64,000 nt of DNA from Minutocellus sp. GHC0000111 (GCA_977018835.1 OZ361259.1:620001-684000), one strand, 5' to 3'. Positions 1 to 13,456 are shown, counted from the stretch's first letter. Notes: a model not told the origin generated them from the letters alone. Translations and numbers: made by a program.

Positions 1-228
1 TGGAATCTAGTGGTAATGCTTCAGACCGAAAGCAGGTTATTGATCACATTGCTCCAGACCAGGATATGGATGTTCCGTACAAAGGCACAACAATATTCGA
101 GGATTTGGAAGAATTTCTCGGTATTGCCCACTCTGCGACGTTTGGTCTAGTAAATGATCGTGTCGTCAAGGCCCGGAAGCTAGTGGTAAAGTCGTACCAA
201 GCAATGGCAAGTAGGAGGCAGCTGGTAG

Positions 229-902
229 ACGCCAAAAATTGCCTCCTTCCCCAAGGAGAATCCATTCGCCTTCCAGCTGATGGTGGCGACAGGGAAGACA
301 GCGGCTGCCGACGTAATGGTGCAGATTGTTGTGGAAAAGAAGAAGCTATCAGAAATTGACTGGAAGCGCAATTTCATTTTCGTCGCATTTGGCTTTGGTT
401 ACCTTGGAGGATTTCAGTATTGGATTATGGTGACCAAGTACCGACAATGGTTCCCCACGATGGATCGATTTGCCAAGCTCTCCTTTGCTGAAAAAATAAA
501 GGACACGGCAGGAATACTCGATGCCTTGAAGATGGTTGCATTTGATGTATTCGTGCATTTGCCCATCAGTACTTCCCCTCGTATTATGTGTGCAAGGAGT
601 TCGTAACATCTGATAGCTGGAATGTGTTGGATTGGGTCAAGGACGGCACGACGAAGTATGCCAACAATGCCAAGGAGGACTTGACGGCCATGATCAAGCT
701 TTGGGGACCAAGTGATTGTGTCCAGTTTGTGTTGCCAGTGCATATTCGAATGCCATTTAGGCATTTGGTTTCCTTCTTTTGGACTGCCTACGTCTTGTTC
801 ACTCGCGGTGGGTCCGAGCCGGAACCACAAAGCGAACAAGAAATGAATGCTCAAGTAGAAAAGGTCAAGCGAAGGATCTCGGCTGGAGAGCAGCCAGAAT
901 GA
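229..902 (+). pseudogene. Mpv17/PMP22-family membrane protein, frameshifted and apparently lacking its start codon
   Basis: Reads KIASFPKENPFAFQLMVATGKTAAADVMVQ...IDWKRNFIFVAFGFGYLGGFQY, then LWGPSDCVQFVLPVHIRMPFRHLVSFFWTAY. ORFs 280..606 and 588..902 join if one T is restored at ~568 (CCC ATC A[T]G TAC TTC = PIMYF). An in-frame TAG lies just upstream. Confidence 0.75.
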
Positions 903-1037
903 AGTCTTGACTTATTATTGGATGGAGTGAATGGCTTAATAATATTTATATCTGCTAACTTATATATATATATGTACACTTTTTCGCTCTTATTCTATTA
1001 GATACCAAAGATGGCCATCTCTATACATTGACATATG

Positions 1038-2015
1038 CTAGTGCTTCAGCGTTTCTCGGAGCGCCTGCCCAACCTTCTTCCGAGCCTTGTTCTTTTCAAC
1101 CTCCACCCACCCATCGGAGTAGACATCTTTTTCGAGGAACCTCCCACCATATCCATGAATGAAATTTACAACACACATGCTAAACTCCTGCTTCTCATCC
1201 TTGCTGCTCAGCTTTTGATAGTATGGTTTAAAGGCTTCAATCTTTTCGCGATACAGTTTGTTTCCTTTGTGATGATTCGTCAATCCTCCTCTACCAAGTA
1301 GGACATCCCTATCGGTTGGCTCCTCACAGGTCCCTGCAAAGAGTTCATAATCGTTGTATTTTGAGGCATGATCGCCCCTCTGGAGGAATTCATCAACATC
1401 AACAAGAATTGAAGCACTTTCCTCAAGATACTCCGCCTTTCGCTTACGATATTTTGTAAGGCTGTTGATATCCTTGCCCTTTGAAGGGCCACTGGTAGCA
1501 CATGCGGCAGTAGTTGTCTTCGGCGCCACGGCTGCAATCTTCGACTCTACAATGCTTGGAACACTTGGGGATGCCACGCCGCGCTCACCTTCAACACCAC
1601 CGGTAACAGTTGCAGTAGCATCACCACCAACTTCATTCGCAATTGGAGTATCACCCAACTTGAATTGTTCTCCGGCTTCAGAAGAAAACACACTCTCCTC
1701 CAGCGGCATCGGCACCAAATCTTCTCCCTCACCAAAAATTTCCTCGGGCGACATGTTCCCAGCGATGCCCACTGTTTTGCCGGCAACCCAATTCGAGCTC
1801 GCCGTGCGGCAACTCGACGACGTATCTCTCATTGGAAAGTTGGATTTGCTCGTAGTAGGAGTGGTATCATCGTCTCTTGCCTGGGTCGTTCTCGGAGATT
1901 TTTCGACATCATTGGTCAGGTTCGACTTATTTGTATGCGACGACGATGAGGCCACAGGGGCTGCCTCATCCTCGCCGTCGCTTTTGGAGGCATCCACTTT
2001 TCGTGCTTGCGCCAT
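1038..2015 (-). CDS. DUF6824-domain protein (diatom-expanded family)
   Basis: Intact 325-aa ORF. The C-terminus PTDRDVLLGRGGLTNHHKGNKLYR...GGRFLEK...WVEVEKNKARKKVGQALRE matches the DUF6824 pattern. Confidence 0.8.
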   Translation of the reverse strand: MAQARKVDASKSDGEDEAAPVASSSSHTNKSNLTNDVEKSPRTTQARDDDTTPTTSKSNFPMRDTSSSCRTASSNWVAGKTVGIAGNMSPEEIFGEGEDLVPMPLEESVFSSEAGEQFKLGDTPIANEVGGDATATVTGGVEGERGVASPSVPSIVESKIAAVAPKTTTAACATSGPSKGKDINSLTKYRKRKAEYLEESASILVDVDEFLQRGDHASKYNDYELFAGTCEEPTDRDVLLGRGGLTNHHKGNKLYREKIEAFKPYYQKLSSKDEKQEFSMCVVNFIHGYGGRFLEKDVYSDGWVEVEKNKARKKVGQALRETLKH

Positions 2016-2288
2016 GGTTTCTCAGATAGATAGAGCTCTTTAAATAGATGCAAGAGGAAACTGGACTGACGAGAGATGATGAAATGCCATCAACTCCAAT
2101 CAGACGTGCTTCTCCGTGGAGCTGAAATCTTCATTCGATTCTCGCGGGTTTTGCTGGTCTCAGCTGGATTTTGGCATGGCTGGCTCGCGGGACCAGCCAC
2201 AACAGTAGAAGAAGGCGAGAGAAGAGGAGAGAGAGAGAGATTGCTACGTAGCTAGATACCGGTACTATCAGATACGACAACTTTCTTC

Positions 2289-3630
2289 TTACATATCTTT
2301 GCCCCATGGTCTCATGGGTCTTAGTCTTGCCTTGCTGCCGCCAACATTTGAGATTCTTTCCTTGGCGTTCACATTGCGACTGGACGGGACAAATACCACC
2401 TGCTCAAGACCAGATGTCTTTCCTCCAGTAGCAGCGGGAGCCTTGACGTTCTCCGACCCAGCAAGCTTGCCGAGGAATGGAACAAAGCTCAACTTGGAAA
2501 GGGCCGAATCCATCATCTGCTCCCTGCGAAGCTGTCCCCGCCGTGCAACCCGCCACTGATCCCTATCGATGGAGGTCACCACGTCCATCAGATTGTAAAC
2601 CTCAACCTCGGGAGGATTCTGCGGCATGGACGCCCTGGCTTCATCGGTAGCCCGATCTCTGGTGCTGTCCCAGGACTCCTTCAGATCTTCATACGAGAAG
2701 AAGAGTGGCTTCTCCGGTTTGGCAGCCTTGCGATTGACCAAACGCTTCACGACGGGATGACGACGGTCCAACCCAGGACAATGGAAGACCGGGATGCCAA
2801 CAGTCCCCTCCATGTGCGCGCATCGGACCCGATCCGGTGCGTTGGGGTTGGCAGCGGCGGCCTTGGCGGCGGCAGCGGCCGCGGGACCTCCTCTTCCCTC
2901 CCTCTCCTTCCTGGCCCTGCCTCGGGAATCGGCATACTGGGCCAACGTCCTGCGCGTGTTGAGCATCATCTTAGCATCGACGTCGGGATTCTCATCGAAC
3001 AGCCCCACCCTTTCCCGCCCCTTGCAACGAGCGGCGTAGTAAAGCTCCCTCTTGGGCGGAACGATCTTGTACCGGAGCGTCCCACCCTCCTCGGGAGACT
3101 TCATCTTGCCGGTGATGGCCTCGATGGGCTGACCGGTGGGAAGTCCCTTGCCCAGGTTGGTGGCCTGCCGGACGGCCTTGCCGAGCGACATGGACATGAT
3201 GCGCATGTCGGCGCCCTTCATGGCATCGACCTGCTGCATTTCGTCCCGATGGACTGCAGCGTCGTCGGGATCCAGAAAGTACAGCACAACCTGCCTCGTC
3301 GCCTGCTTCTGCTGGTACGCCTCGTTGAAGTCGATCTGCTCATCGTCGTCTGCCGAGGCGCCGACCTGATCCTCCTTGGTCCGCTCGAAAATGAGATAGG
3401 GCGACCCCCAGCTGGTCGTGACGGCAAAGACGGGCTGGCCAGAGATCGTAGGGTGCAGCCGACGTCGGGGAGCCGAAGATGGAGGACAGGTTCAGTGTCC
3501 GGCGGATGGGGCTCAGGAGGGAGCCGATCGAGGCCGCCGACACAACATGTGTGCTTGAAAGGGCCAAAGATGCCGCGATCAGGAGCAACATTGCCGACGG
3601 CCGGCTTTGTTGTGACGCATCGGATATCAT
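2289..3630 (-). pseudogene. Tic22-like plastid import protein with N-terminal signal peptide; one frameshift near 3441
   Basis: Hydrophobic leader MLLLIAASLALSSTHVVSA. After the frameshift: GQPVFAVTTSWGSPYLIFE...VLYFLDPDDA...SMSLGKAV...GIPVFHCPGL...PLFFSYEDL, which are Tic22-like motifs. The shift at CTC T GGC CAG looks like a lost CT dinucleotide. Confidence 0.65.
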
Positions 3631-4274
3631 TGCGCTATGCGTTGCGTGTAGTCACAGAGGCGACACAGGCGACAGCACGGCGAGAGCGCAGCTGCTGATT
3701 TTGACACACCTCCCGCCAGTCAACGCAACATGCATGGTCGTGCGTATGCGTACGCGTATGACGTACGTACGTAGTTTTCCTACATGAAGGTCTGTCCTTC
3801 TGTCCTATGCCGTACGTATTTTTCGAGAAAGTACGTACATAGCAATTTGCCCTGAATGCCGGGTTTCATTTTCAATGGGATGGTAACGGAACGGCCGGGC
3901 GGTATCAACCACAGGTATCTCTAGCTACGTAACAGCCGGCAAGGAAGGAGGTTGAGTGTAGAAAAGTTCGCCCTTACACACCCTGGCCAAAAACAAATCC
4001 GCTCGCTCCTACTTGCAACAGGGCAGGTGCGCGGTCGTTCATCGGGCAGGCTTGGGACTATGATCGTGTGAACGGACCCGCAAAATTCAAATTAATTTTT
4101 CCAGCCAATCATGTGTACGACATTCCTCCGAGGACTTTTGTGTTCCATCCGACTCTGTTGGCGTGTTTGCCACTTCCATCTTTTTGTTTGTTGATTTGGG
4201 GCCGCAATGTCTTTCTGCAGAAGATGACAACGTCGCCATTTTCAGTAACATACATCCACCAATAACTCGCAAGA

Positions 4275-5567
4275 ATGACGATGATTATACAAGCGGTCCT
4301 ACTTCTGATCGTGCCGATCCTATCGGCATTCACCGTCACAATTGCGGTCGCGGAACCAACAGCGGCACCGACGATTCCATTTCCAGACAATATTCCACCG
4401 CTCGAGTTGGTCTTGAAGCTCTCTATTCTCAGTGAGCAAATGTACGACATTGATGGTGTCGACAGCGAGCACATTCCTGACTTTGTCCATTGGGTCGAAC
4501 TTTTCAAAGAAGTAGTCGATGATGGTGGTAGCTCGGAAACGCTTGTGGGGACCTTTCGCATGATGGACGGGGACGTTGAAGATTGGGATCACATCTTCAT
4601 CGCCCTCCGTGGGTCCGACGAGGATGCCGATTGGTCTGCCAATGCCGACTTTGGTCTGGGGAGGTTGGGACCACCCGGAAGACCTGTGTTAGGCCCCAAA
4701 AGTCCCGTGCGGGTCCACGGTGGCTTTAGCGAGGCAGCGTTTCAGGTGTATGATTCTATAGACCTGGCTGTGCAAAGTATCCTCAATAGTACCACCAATA
4801 CTGATGACTTGGCTCACGTTGATGGTAAGCCTATAGTCTACGCGACTGGGCATTCCAAAGGGGGAGGAGAAGCACAGATTATCGCAACATACATGGCCCA
4901 TATGCATCCCGATCTAAGCGTGCAGATGGTCAACTTTGGCGGTCCTCAGGTAGGAGACGACGCCTTTCAGAATTGGGCGGACAAATTGAACAACCTATCG
5001 GCCTTTCGATTTGTCAACCGGAATGACCTCGTGCCGAGACTGCCACCTTTCTTTGCAAAGTGCGGTCATCTCATTCAGATAGAACGTTCTGGCATCAAGG
5101 CATACTGGAGACAGGATGGCGGTGGTGATGATTTTGTCGGAATTTCCTCAACTTGGAATTGTAAGTCATGCCAAGCTATGCTCTAAGATCTTGCAATCTG
5201 GCGTTTTGTTCAGCTCGGATGTTTATCGCTCACAATATTTTTTTCTTCTTTCACAAATTAAATACCGGTATTATTCTCACCGACCGTTTCCATCTCAGGG
5301 GGTATGTCGGTCGACGACCATAACATGTACAACTACGTTGGCATGCTCGAGGAAGCTCTGCTAGATCCAAACATGATGTATCCCAGTCACTTTGAACGCC
5401 GTGGAGGGTATCCTCAGGCGCAGCAGCAACAGAAGTTACAAACTCTTGAGATCAATCCGGCTACGGCACCAAAGGACGACCAAGCCACCGACAATGCTCC
5501 AGATACCCCACGCAGGGAGGACAAGCAGTGTTGTTTTCTCTGGGTCTTTAACTGCAAGGCTTGCTGA
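4275..5567 (+). CDS. Secreted class-3 lipase (alpha/beta hydrolase), 2 exons: 4275-5160 and 5299-5567
   Basis: Signal peptide, IALRGS, VHGGF, TGHSKGG nucleophile elbow, NFGGPQVGD and RFVNRNDLVPRLP. Intron 5161-5298 (GTAAGT...CTCAG) restores WNWGMSVDDH, which carries the catalytic His. Confidence 0.9.
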
Positions 5568-5922
5568 TCGAATGAATGAAGAAAACTGCATGGAGAGGGA
5601 TTAGATCTAGTGGATAGAGAGGAGAAGCAGTCAGTGGAATTCTTTTGAAGCCGAGAGTTCCGGTAACAACGACGTACTAGTACATGTATTTTTTTAGAGT
5701 TAGGAAATGCTGGCGGCACGGTAAGATAGATCGACCAGATTAATGCTTAGATTTATCTCTGGGGCAATAGATGTGGTCTACATGTACCGTAGATCTAAAT
5801 GCAGCTATTCTACCGGTGAAGGTCTACATGAGCCGGTGACTCACTCAGAGGGCTGAACTCTTTGATGAGCACTGCGCGCCGGCCATGCCACTTTTTGGCG
5901 CGGCTTGCTTGCTCGACCGCCG

Positions 5923-8694
5923 ATGCGCCGCATCCGCCATTATTTGAACGCCATGATGGGGTTGAACGATGGCCGCCGAGACGGCGCCACTGCAGCAGCA
6001 GCAGCGCCCACCGCGAGGGCACCAAAGGGCGCTCCAGGCGGGAACGGCAGTAGCAACATGTCATTGACCGCCGTGCGGAAGAAGGAGTCCAAACGCGTCC
6101 GTACCAAGGAGAGTGCGACGGTTTCCATGCTGACCAAACTTCTCGATGACGATGGGACTGCCGGCAGTAGGAAGCAGCAGCAGGCCAAGAGAAGGCGCAT
6201 GTCGCAGCAGCAACAGCAGTCTGCGTCGAATAATGGACGCGAGGCTAGTGTTGGTGGTCCTGGTGGGAGTCGGGCGGCTGGCGTCCCCTCCTTCCCATCG
6301 GCCAACAGCGGGAGCAAGATGAATCAAAACGCCAACAACAAGCACAGCAAACACACGTCGGTCCCAGGTCGTAGTACCGGGATTGGAAACACCGGCAGAC
6401 CGACAAGCTCGGCATCCGCGGGAGCGTGGTCGGATATTGTTAGCAATGCCTCGACCGGATCGTCTTCGACCAGCAGTGGAAATCCCTTCGCCAGCACATC
6501 ACGTGTTGGAATTCAGGCAAAAAATACGAAAAGCGAGGCGCAGGCATCCGCCTCGGCCGCTGCAGCTGAGCGAGCCAAGAGCCTGAGTCTGGCTCGGAGG
6601 AGGGCCGCCGTTATGGGCAAGAACAGTAGCAAACGAAGACAGCAGCAAGTGAATAACCAGCTATCGCGGCCATCTAACACCGCCAATTCTGCGCTTGGTG
6701 TGTCGGCAATGGCTGTTGCTTCGACATCCAGAGGGGCAAGCGGGGAACAGCCTACTAGGCAACTTCAGTCCTTCAACAAGAAGACGAGGCCCGAGGCGAC
6801 GACAAAGCTGCCAATGGCATCAACTACATCGTCAGAATGTGCGCAAAAAAGTGCCCCCGCCAATACATCCACAGGGGTGGCATCAGCAAAAACCAATCGA
6901 TCGAATATGGACGCCTCAGCCAGTGTAGGAATAAGTCTGGGACTGCAGCCCACCTCCTTGCTGAGCAAGAAGAAGCGCCCCCCTCGGCCCACGACGATGA
7001 GCGGCACCTTAGCCTCGACGTCCGAACCCTTTGCATTGGAATCCAATTTCGATGTTGCTTCGAGTAGTACTCTCACTGGAAAGAGTCGCAGTATGGACGT
7101 TGACATTGTTGGTCTTCCATCGACAAGTATTGCTACCGGCCCCGTGGGTATCGGGAGTGGCAGCGTCAGTAACAAAACATCGGCATCCCATTCCACGTCA
7201 AATTCCGAAAGCGACAGCGCAATGAATATAACTGCTGTTGCGGCACCACCTGGTTCCGCTTCCATGCCCACCACTGAAAGCAATCTAGTTGAGCGAACTT
7301 TCGACGATGGAAGCTACAACAGCACCTCTTACCAATCGGTGGCGGCTCATGATGCAACCGGTATTATCACAAAGAAACGTCGCAAGGCCCCTAATAACGA
7401 CAACTTCGTCAAACTGAATTTGCGCAACTCTGCCGGGTCTTGCCGCGGTGCCCGGAACAAGAAGGGCAAGAGAGGCGGTGGTCGCTACGGTGGCAGAGGC
7501 TCCTATGGCCGGGGTGGAAGCAGCTACAACTCTCAGAAGCCTTATTCAGGAGGAAATGGTAGTGACGACGAGAATGACAGCGACAATGACTGGAAGAGCC
7601 GACGGAGGGAGAAGGGCGGAGTTCGTTTGGTTCAGAATTCGAGTGCTGGAATCGACCCTTTGGATGACTACCTGGATGGTACCTACGGAGTTGGCCAAAA
7701 GGAAATCCAGTCTGCTGGGAAATCATCATCAGCTTCCAAGGACAATGCGAAATCAACAGCCTCTGCCCCTTCAAACATGACGGCTGACGAAAAACAAGCG
7801 TCGCAAACGAAGGCACGGGCGGATCAGGTACCAAGGTGCACTCGCCATCAGAGACCGTGTAAGCTCCTTACTGTTAAAAAGTCCAACACGGGAAATAAGG
7901 GCCGCAAATTTTACGTCTGCGGCCTGCCAAAGGGGGAGCAGTGCGACTTCTTCCAATGAGAGGACGATACCGTCCACTCGATTCAGAAAGCTCTGCTTCA
8001 GTCATCATCAACATCAGGCTTCGTGGCGCGCCAAGTCGCTGCATATGTCGACCGGTTCAAGGCCCTGACGTTACCAGAATTGAGAGATGAGGCCAAGCGG
8101 CTTGGTCTACGACATGTTGGAAAGAAAGGCCAGCTATTGGCCAGATTGACCATTCATGTTCGAGATGAAGTTGCCAAGTCTATCGTAGCCGATGATGAGA
8201 AGGGATCAGACGATGAGATCATTGATTTAGTACCTGCGGTGCGCCAAGATAGCAAAACTCTTCCCGCAGCGGACGACGACGATGAGAGTTGTTCATCTTC
8301 CTCCGAAGAGTCGTCTTGTACGTCGTCGTCATCGTCGTCAGAAGACGATGAATTGGAACTCGTCGGTGATGAATGCAACGACGATGACGATCCAAAAGAA
8401 GGATCAATGAGCAATGGAGAAAGTGTGAATGTAGAAGGCATCAACAATGACGATGATAACGACAGTGAAGAAGAAGAATCAGACTCAGATCCCATCTACA
8501 AAGCTTTGCACACGTTTTTTGGATATCGAAATTTCCGCCCAGGTCAAGAGTGGGCCATCCGACGTGTATTGCAGCAAGAGAGAAGCCTTCTGGTCGCACC
8601 GACTGGTCTGGGAAAGAGTATGTGCTATGCTCTACCTGCCACCCAGGTGGAAGGCGTTTGTTTGGTGGTATCCCCTCTCATTTCTCTCATGCAG
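5923..8694 (+). pseudogene. RecQ4-like helicase, N-terminal half (GRF zinc finger, SAP-like domain, helicase motifs Q/I/Ia); nonsense codon and 3' truncation
   Basis: NDNFVKLNLR; GRF finger PRCTRHQRPC...NKGRKFYVC...CDFFQ*EDD, with TGA at 7957-7959 where Trp is expected and the frame continuing; LTLPELRDEAKRLGL...KKGQLLARL; FRPGQEWAI...APTGLGKSMCYALP...VSPLISLMQ, then an abrupt switch to transposase sequence. Confidence 0.85.
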
Positions 8695-10474
8695 GGGCCT
8701 ATCAAGGGACGACCCTGATTTTGACACTGCAATTGCTGTGGACTATGGTGCTGTGGCATATGCTGCTGCCATGCGCAAGACCCATGGAATGGCAACCCTT
8801 CCAGCGACGAAAGATCCCCTCGCAATAGTGAATCTCGCCCACGCATATGGAGTTGAGCGGCACCACCCCAAAGATGCGTACGATCGCCTCATGATGCCAC
8901 AGAAGGCCGAGCGAAGAGCAGAGGCGAAGAAGGAAAGCAAGAAGCGAAAGAGAAAGGAAAGAGGGGAGGAGCCCGGAGCGAAGAGGGTCAAATTTCTTTC
9001 TGTGATCGAAGACTATGATCATGCGCGCTCGATGTACACTCCAGTATATTTTTATGGAGAGCATTTGCTACAGAAGGCATCGGCGGAGGCCGCTGAGAAT
9101 TGCTACCTCTTGGATTCATCTGCGCAGGGAGACATAAGGAAGATGGCGCGCGAAAAGTTCCAATACCTTACCGCCGACAACAAAGAGCCATTCAACTTTC
9201 TTTCTCGGTCGGCCATCGCTAGACAGCCTGGAATTCGAGATGAGATTATTGCAATACTTCTCAAGGATCAGTCCAAAAGTTGGCAGGATGTTGCAGATGA
9301 CATTGACGGTTGGTGCAGTGCAAGGACGATTGATCGGTGGTTTACTTCGCATTGTGGAGCTACATACGGTGCAGAAGCAACATTGCCTTTGCTTACAACA
9401 GCTCAGATGGCCGAGCATGTCCGATTTGCGAAGCATTTCCTCAATGGCTGGGGGAGAGAAGCCGAGCCTACTATTCTTGTGCATTACGATGAAAAGTGGT
9501 TCCATGGGTACGTCGGAAGGCGCAACAACAAAATCTGCGAGGCTCCGGGCCTTCATCACCCAATGAATTTTTGTCAGCATAAGTGCCACATTCCGAAGAT
9601 TATGGTGGTTGCGTTCACTGGGTATGCTTATGGCGGTAACATCGAGGAGGATGGCGGCGACGGCTTGATGCTTGGTCTGTATCGATGCATGGCAGGCCGA
9701 ATGGCGCAGAAGAATCAGCGTGCTGGTCGGAAGGACGATGAGGGTCGGCAGCGCTACGATGGAGAGCTGATTCGTGAGAAGGGTAGGCCCTACATGGTTG
9801 ATGCTACGGTGAAGGGTGTAAGTAGCGGGACTTCGACTAATCCTAGCTTTTCTCTCCGAGAGATATTTGAACATCAAATTATCCCTCTTTTAGAGAAGTT
9901 AGTTGGTCCTCCCGCTACTTGTGGTGACAAAGAAAAGTATCAGGAGGAGAAGCAACGATACGAGGCTGATCCTGAAAACAATTCCCCGCCCATCGCTGAT
10001 CCAAGTCTCTATGGAAAGTACCAGAACTATGGCGTAGTTGTTCAAGGCAACAATGCCGGTCCTCACCGCGAGGGCAATTTCCAAGCATGGTGCAAGGAGC
10101 AATGCCAGATAAGGAGCCATTGGTATTGGGAGCCCCAGGCTGCTCAGATGCCCTACTCGAACAATCTTGACTTGGCCGTCTTCCCCTGCATGTCTAAAAT
10201 CCACTCTCATTTGCTGAAGGAGGGCGGGGAGAAGGCCATCGGAAACAACGATGCAATATGGAAGCGATGCCAAGATACATGGAGCGATTTGACATCGGAA
10301 AAAGTCGCTCATGGATATGTGTTGGCGAAACGAATTCTAGAAAGCGTGGAAGAAAATGGCGGCGGCAACGAGTTCTTGCGAAGTTGTAAGCCAACGGCCC
10401 AACAAGGACAAAACGTCCGAGGCGACTTCATCGCAACCAAGGACGGTATCGCCCCTCGCTCCAAGAAAGCTTAG
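8695..10474 (+). mobile_element. Tc1/mariner transposase of DD39D (plant-mariner-like) type, 5'-truncated, second catalytic Asp read as Asn
   Basis: VHYDEKWF, VVQGNNAGPH (typically QxDNAxPH) and QAAQMPYSNNLDL, with 39 residues between the 2nd and 3rd catalytic positions. No TIR pair was identified. Confidence 0.8.
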
Positions 10475-10959
10475 ATTGACATTTTTACTTAGATTTATTA
10501 TGTTACTAGCTTGCTTTGATGCATTTGGTACGTGTAAAAACTCAAACCTCGTGTGTGTTTGCTGGTAAAAATGGCTGATGCTGAAGCTGTGCTGTGTGTC
10601 ATCCTACACGAGTGACTCGAACACGGCGAACATATCAACAAGTACATAAAGGTTGATAGTTTTAACGGTGATAGTTACATGTAGTGCGACACCTCGGTAA
10701 CATTCATAACTTTGCATCAAACTTGCCTTATTGACTCGAATTCTCAAATAAATAGTTCTCCAGTTCAGGCAAATTATATTTTTTTGTTTTTTGAGTAGCA
10801 CAAAACTGTCGTTCCAAAACAAAAATTATGGAAAACATTCTGAGAAATGAGATTTTGTAGGTATTTCTTCGGACTTTCCGATTTCTGGGCGAAAACGTCG
10901 CTGGCGTCGCCAGATCGACACGCACTTGGTACGCAGCACGTAGGATTTGCTACTGCACA

Positions 10960-12290
10960 TAACTTTTCCTGCATTTTGAGGCTGATCGTCACTTGGTCTG
11001 TTTCTGGCTTCAAACGAAAGTAAGTCTTGGTTTTTTACTGATTCAAGAGCTCACATGTCATGTACTCGACATCTTCCACACTGACTGTTTTCACTCTTCT
11101 CCCATCCCAATTCTTCCACACAACCACCGCATCATCTTTCAGCTTAATTCCCACGCCACGGCACTGCGTTCCATTGCCCCTCTTTTTCTTCAAATTTTCA
11201 TTAGAATTGATCATGTAAGGCACTCCTTTGTAGAACAGAAGTCGAGGATCAATCTTTCGACTTTGATGTCCGAATGTTAGCATCCCCACAACATTGATAC
11301 ACACAGTTGTGGGTTCCACGCCCAAGTCTTTGTGTCCCCTTGAAAAGACTGCATTCAATGACGATGGTGTGATCAGGAATTTCCCTTTCATTGTCCAGTA
11401 GAGAAGGATGAGTGCTCTGAATGTGATCATTGAACACTCCGGCAGATATGGAGTTTCGCTGGTTGTTTGTGTCAACTGCATAGCACACATCGCCTTCCTT
11501 TGGCAGAGCTACGCCATCCAGAGCAAGGAGGCGGCGGTTAATCTTTTTCCTGTCGTCTTCCGTGTCCATTCCTGAGCGAATTCTTCCGAGAATCTCCCCC
11601 CACTCTGGATCATCTTTGAACCTGTGAAGCCCTTCCAGCATGATTACGCAATTTATTACGCCTTGCCAGTAAATGCTGTGCTGCTGGTAGATTGGAGTGC
11701 CTGACATGGTTCTCATTTGATGGAAGTCTCCTGCAAAAACAATTGAAAGTCCTCACAATTGAAAGTCCTCCGTACATTTCGGCCGGGCGGCTACGAAGTC
11801 GCCTCAATTTTTTATCGAGTTTTTCTAAGTCAGCTGTGGAAAAATATGACACTTCATCAATGACCAAAATTCTCACATAGTCCCACTCTCTGCAGTTGGC
11901 CTCTTTTATAGTCTTCTTGTTGAGAAATGCAGCGCTGTGAATGGTGACGCCACCCCAAAGTGCGGCAGACGAACCAGTGCACGATGTAAACCAAAACGTA
12001 GTTTCATCAAAGGGCAGTGCTGCAGCTGTGCAGAAAAGTGTTTGCAAAACTTTTGCGCTGCATAAAGAGCGCGACTCTTCCCACAGCCGGCGGGACCTGT
12101 TAAGAACATGAGAAGCTGGTACGGATTTGTTGAAGATCCAGTTGACCCCACTTCCACTTTTGCTGCTCTGCTGCGGAGTCGTTGGATCAGTTCATCTCTC
12201 TTGACTTCTGTGTACTCTTCTGCATGGTCGACCACACCACAAATTTTGAAACTTCTGCTAAAAGTAAAAGCAATTGCAAATCATCTGTAC
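10960..12290 (-). pseudogene. PIF1-family helicase relic, probably from a Helitron-like element; multiple frameshifts
   Basis: Spread across ORFs 11906..12235, 11610..12047, 11249..11716 and 11035..: MFLTGPAGCGKS (Walker A), TGSSAALWGGVTIHSA, ILVIDEVS (Walker B), YGGLSIV, LEGLHRFKDDPEWGEILGRIR, PYMINSN...GNGT. No Rep domain is visible. Confidence 0.8.
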
Positions 12291-12420
12291 TAGCACACCC
12301 TACTTGCTATCCTCTCTTGTTTGGCCAACAATATGTCGATACCGAAATAATCTCAACAAATAAGCATCGCTGGTGAGCATAGTCCAGACCTTTAGTAGTA
12401 ACAGCCTGCTTTCCTCTTTC

Positions 12421-13456
12421 CTACCGTGTTTCATTACGGTTTCTACGGGAACTATTGGACTCATCTGTAAGAACACCTGGATCAACAACATCATCCATCC
12501 AATAATCTTTGGACAATTTCAAAAAGGAATACTCATAAAATGGCAAATTTGGAAACTGCACATTGTGTTCCTTGGAATACTTGACATACCCCGCTGCACG
12601 AAAGGCATCAAAAAAATCCTTCATTTGATTTCCTGTTGCAGCATGAACCTCCACCAAAATCTGTTGTAGGATCGGATTGGAATCATCCAACCAGTCAGTG
12701 AAGGTTTCATGTTCACATCCTTCACAATCAATTTTGAAAATATCAATGCCTGGTGCTCCATCATGGCCCAACTCCTTAAGCGTCTCGGACATTGTTTTGT
12801 ACACGTGACCGTTCTTCTCATTGACGCTGGATGTCTTAGATAGTCCCCATTGGTGATAGTGTAAGTTCAGATTGGGATGCATTAGGTGGGAATAATCGTC
12901 CATGTCGAAAATGTGAATCTCGCAGGTATCTCTTCCAAGTGTCATTTGGAGAGAGCTGTTTCAAAAGAAAAATCACCACACGATCCGACACTGTAGATAA
13001 GGCATCCGGGTTTAGAAGGATTGGCCTTCTTTCTCGTTTTGGATTGCGCAATGAGTCGATGAGGGTCACATACCCATTTGGGCCCATCGCCAAGCCCATT
13101 CCCACCAACCCGTTTCCGAAATTGACAACTAAAGTCTGGTTCATAATGTGATTGAAACCATTCCGTCTTGACCTTGGAACTTCCATCTGCTTTCATTGGC
13201 TGCTGTCCTCTGGCATAGGTTGCATGATCTCCCGGAATCCAGTGATTTTCCCGTGAGGACGAAATAACACGTAACCGATTCCATTGTGATTCCGTAATGT
13301 CTTGAAAGAACCCAAAGGATTGCCCGAGGGATGCTTCTGCACAGAATCAGAGATTCTAATAATTGTATTTGTAATCAAAGATGTAATGAGGAGAAATATT
13401 AGGAGATGCTTTGTAGTTAAAGCATCTGAAGCGAAGCGTCTTTTCGGTGCGACCAT
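12421..13456 (-). pseudogene. Methyltransf_22/METTL24-like methyltransferase with N-terminal membrane anchor; frame breaks at ~12945 and ~13195 (the latter may be an intron)
   Basis: GDGPKWVCDPHRL, CLIYSVGSCGDFSFE, CEIHIFD, IDIFKIDCEGCE and QILVEVH. N-terminal segment LLIFLLITSLITNTII. Confidence 0.8.

Noticed and set aside
7957..7959. Selenocysteine or programmed readthrough at the TGA in the GRF finger
   Set aside because: The position is a conserved Trp (TGG->TGA) in a gene that is also truncated.
10474..10935. 3' TIR of the mariner element
   Set aside because: No matching left TIR is present, so the end cannot be placed.
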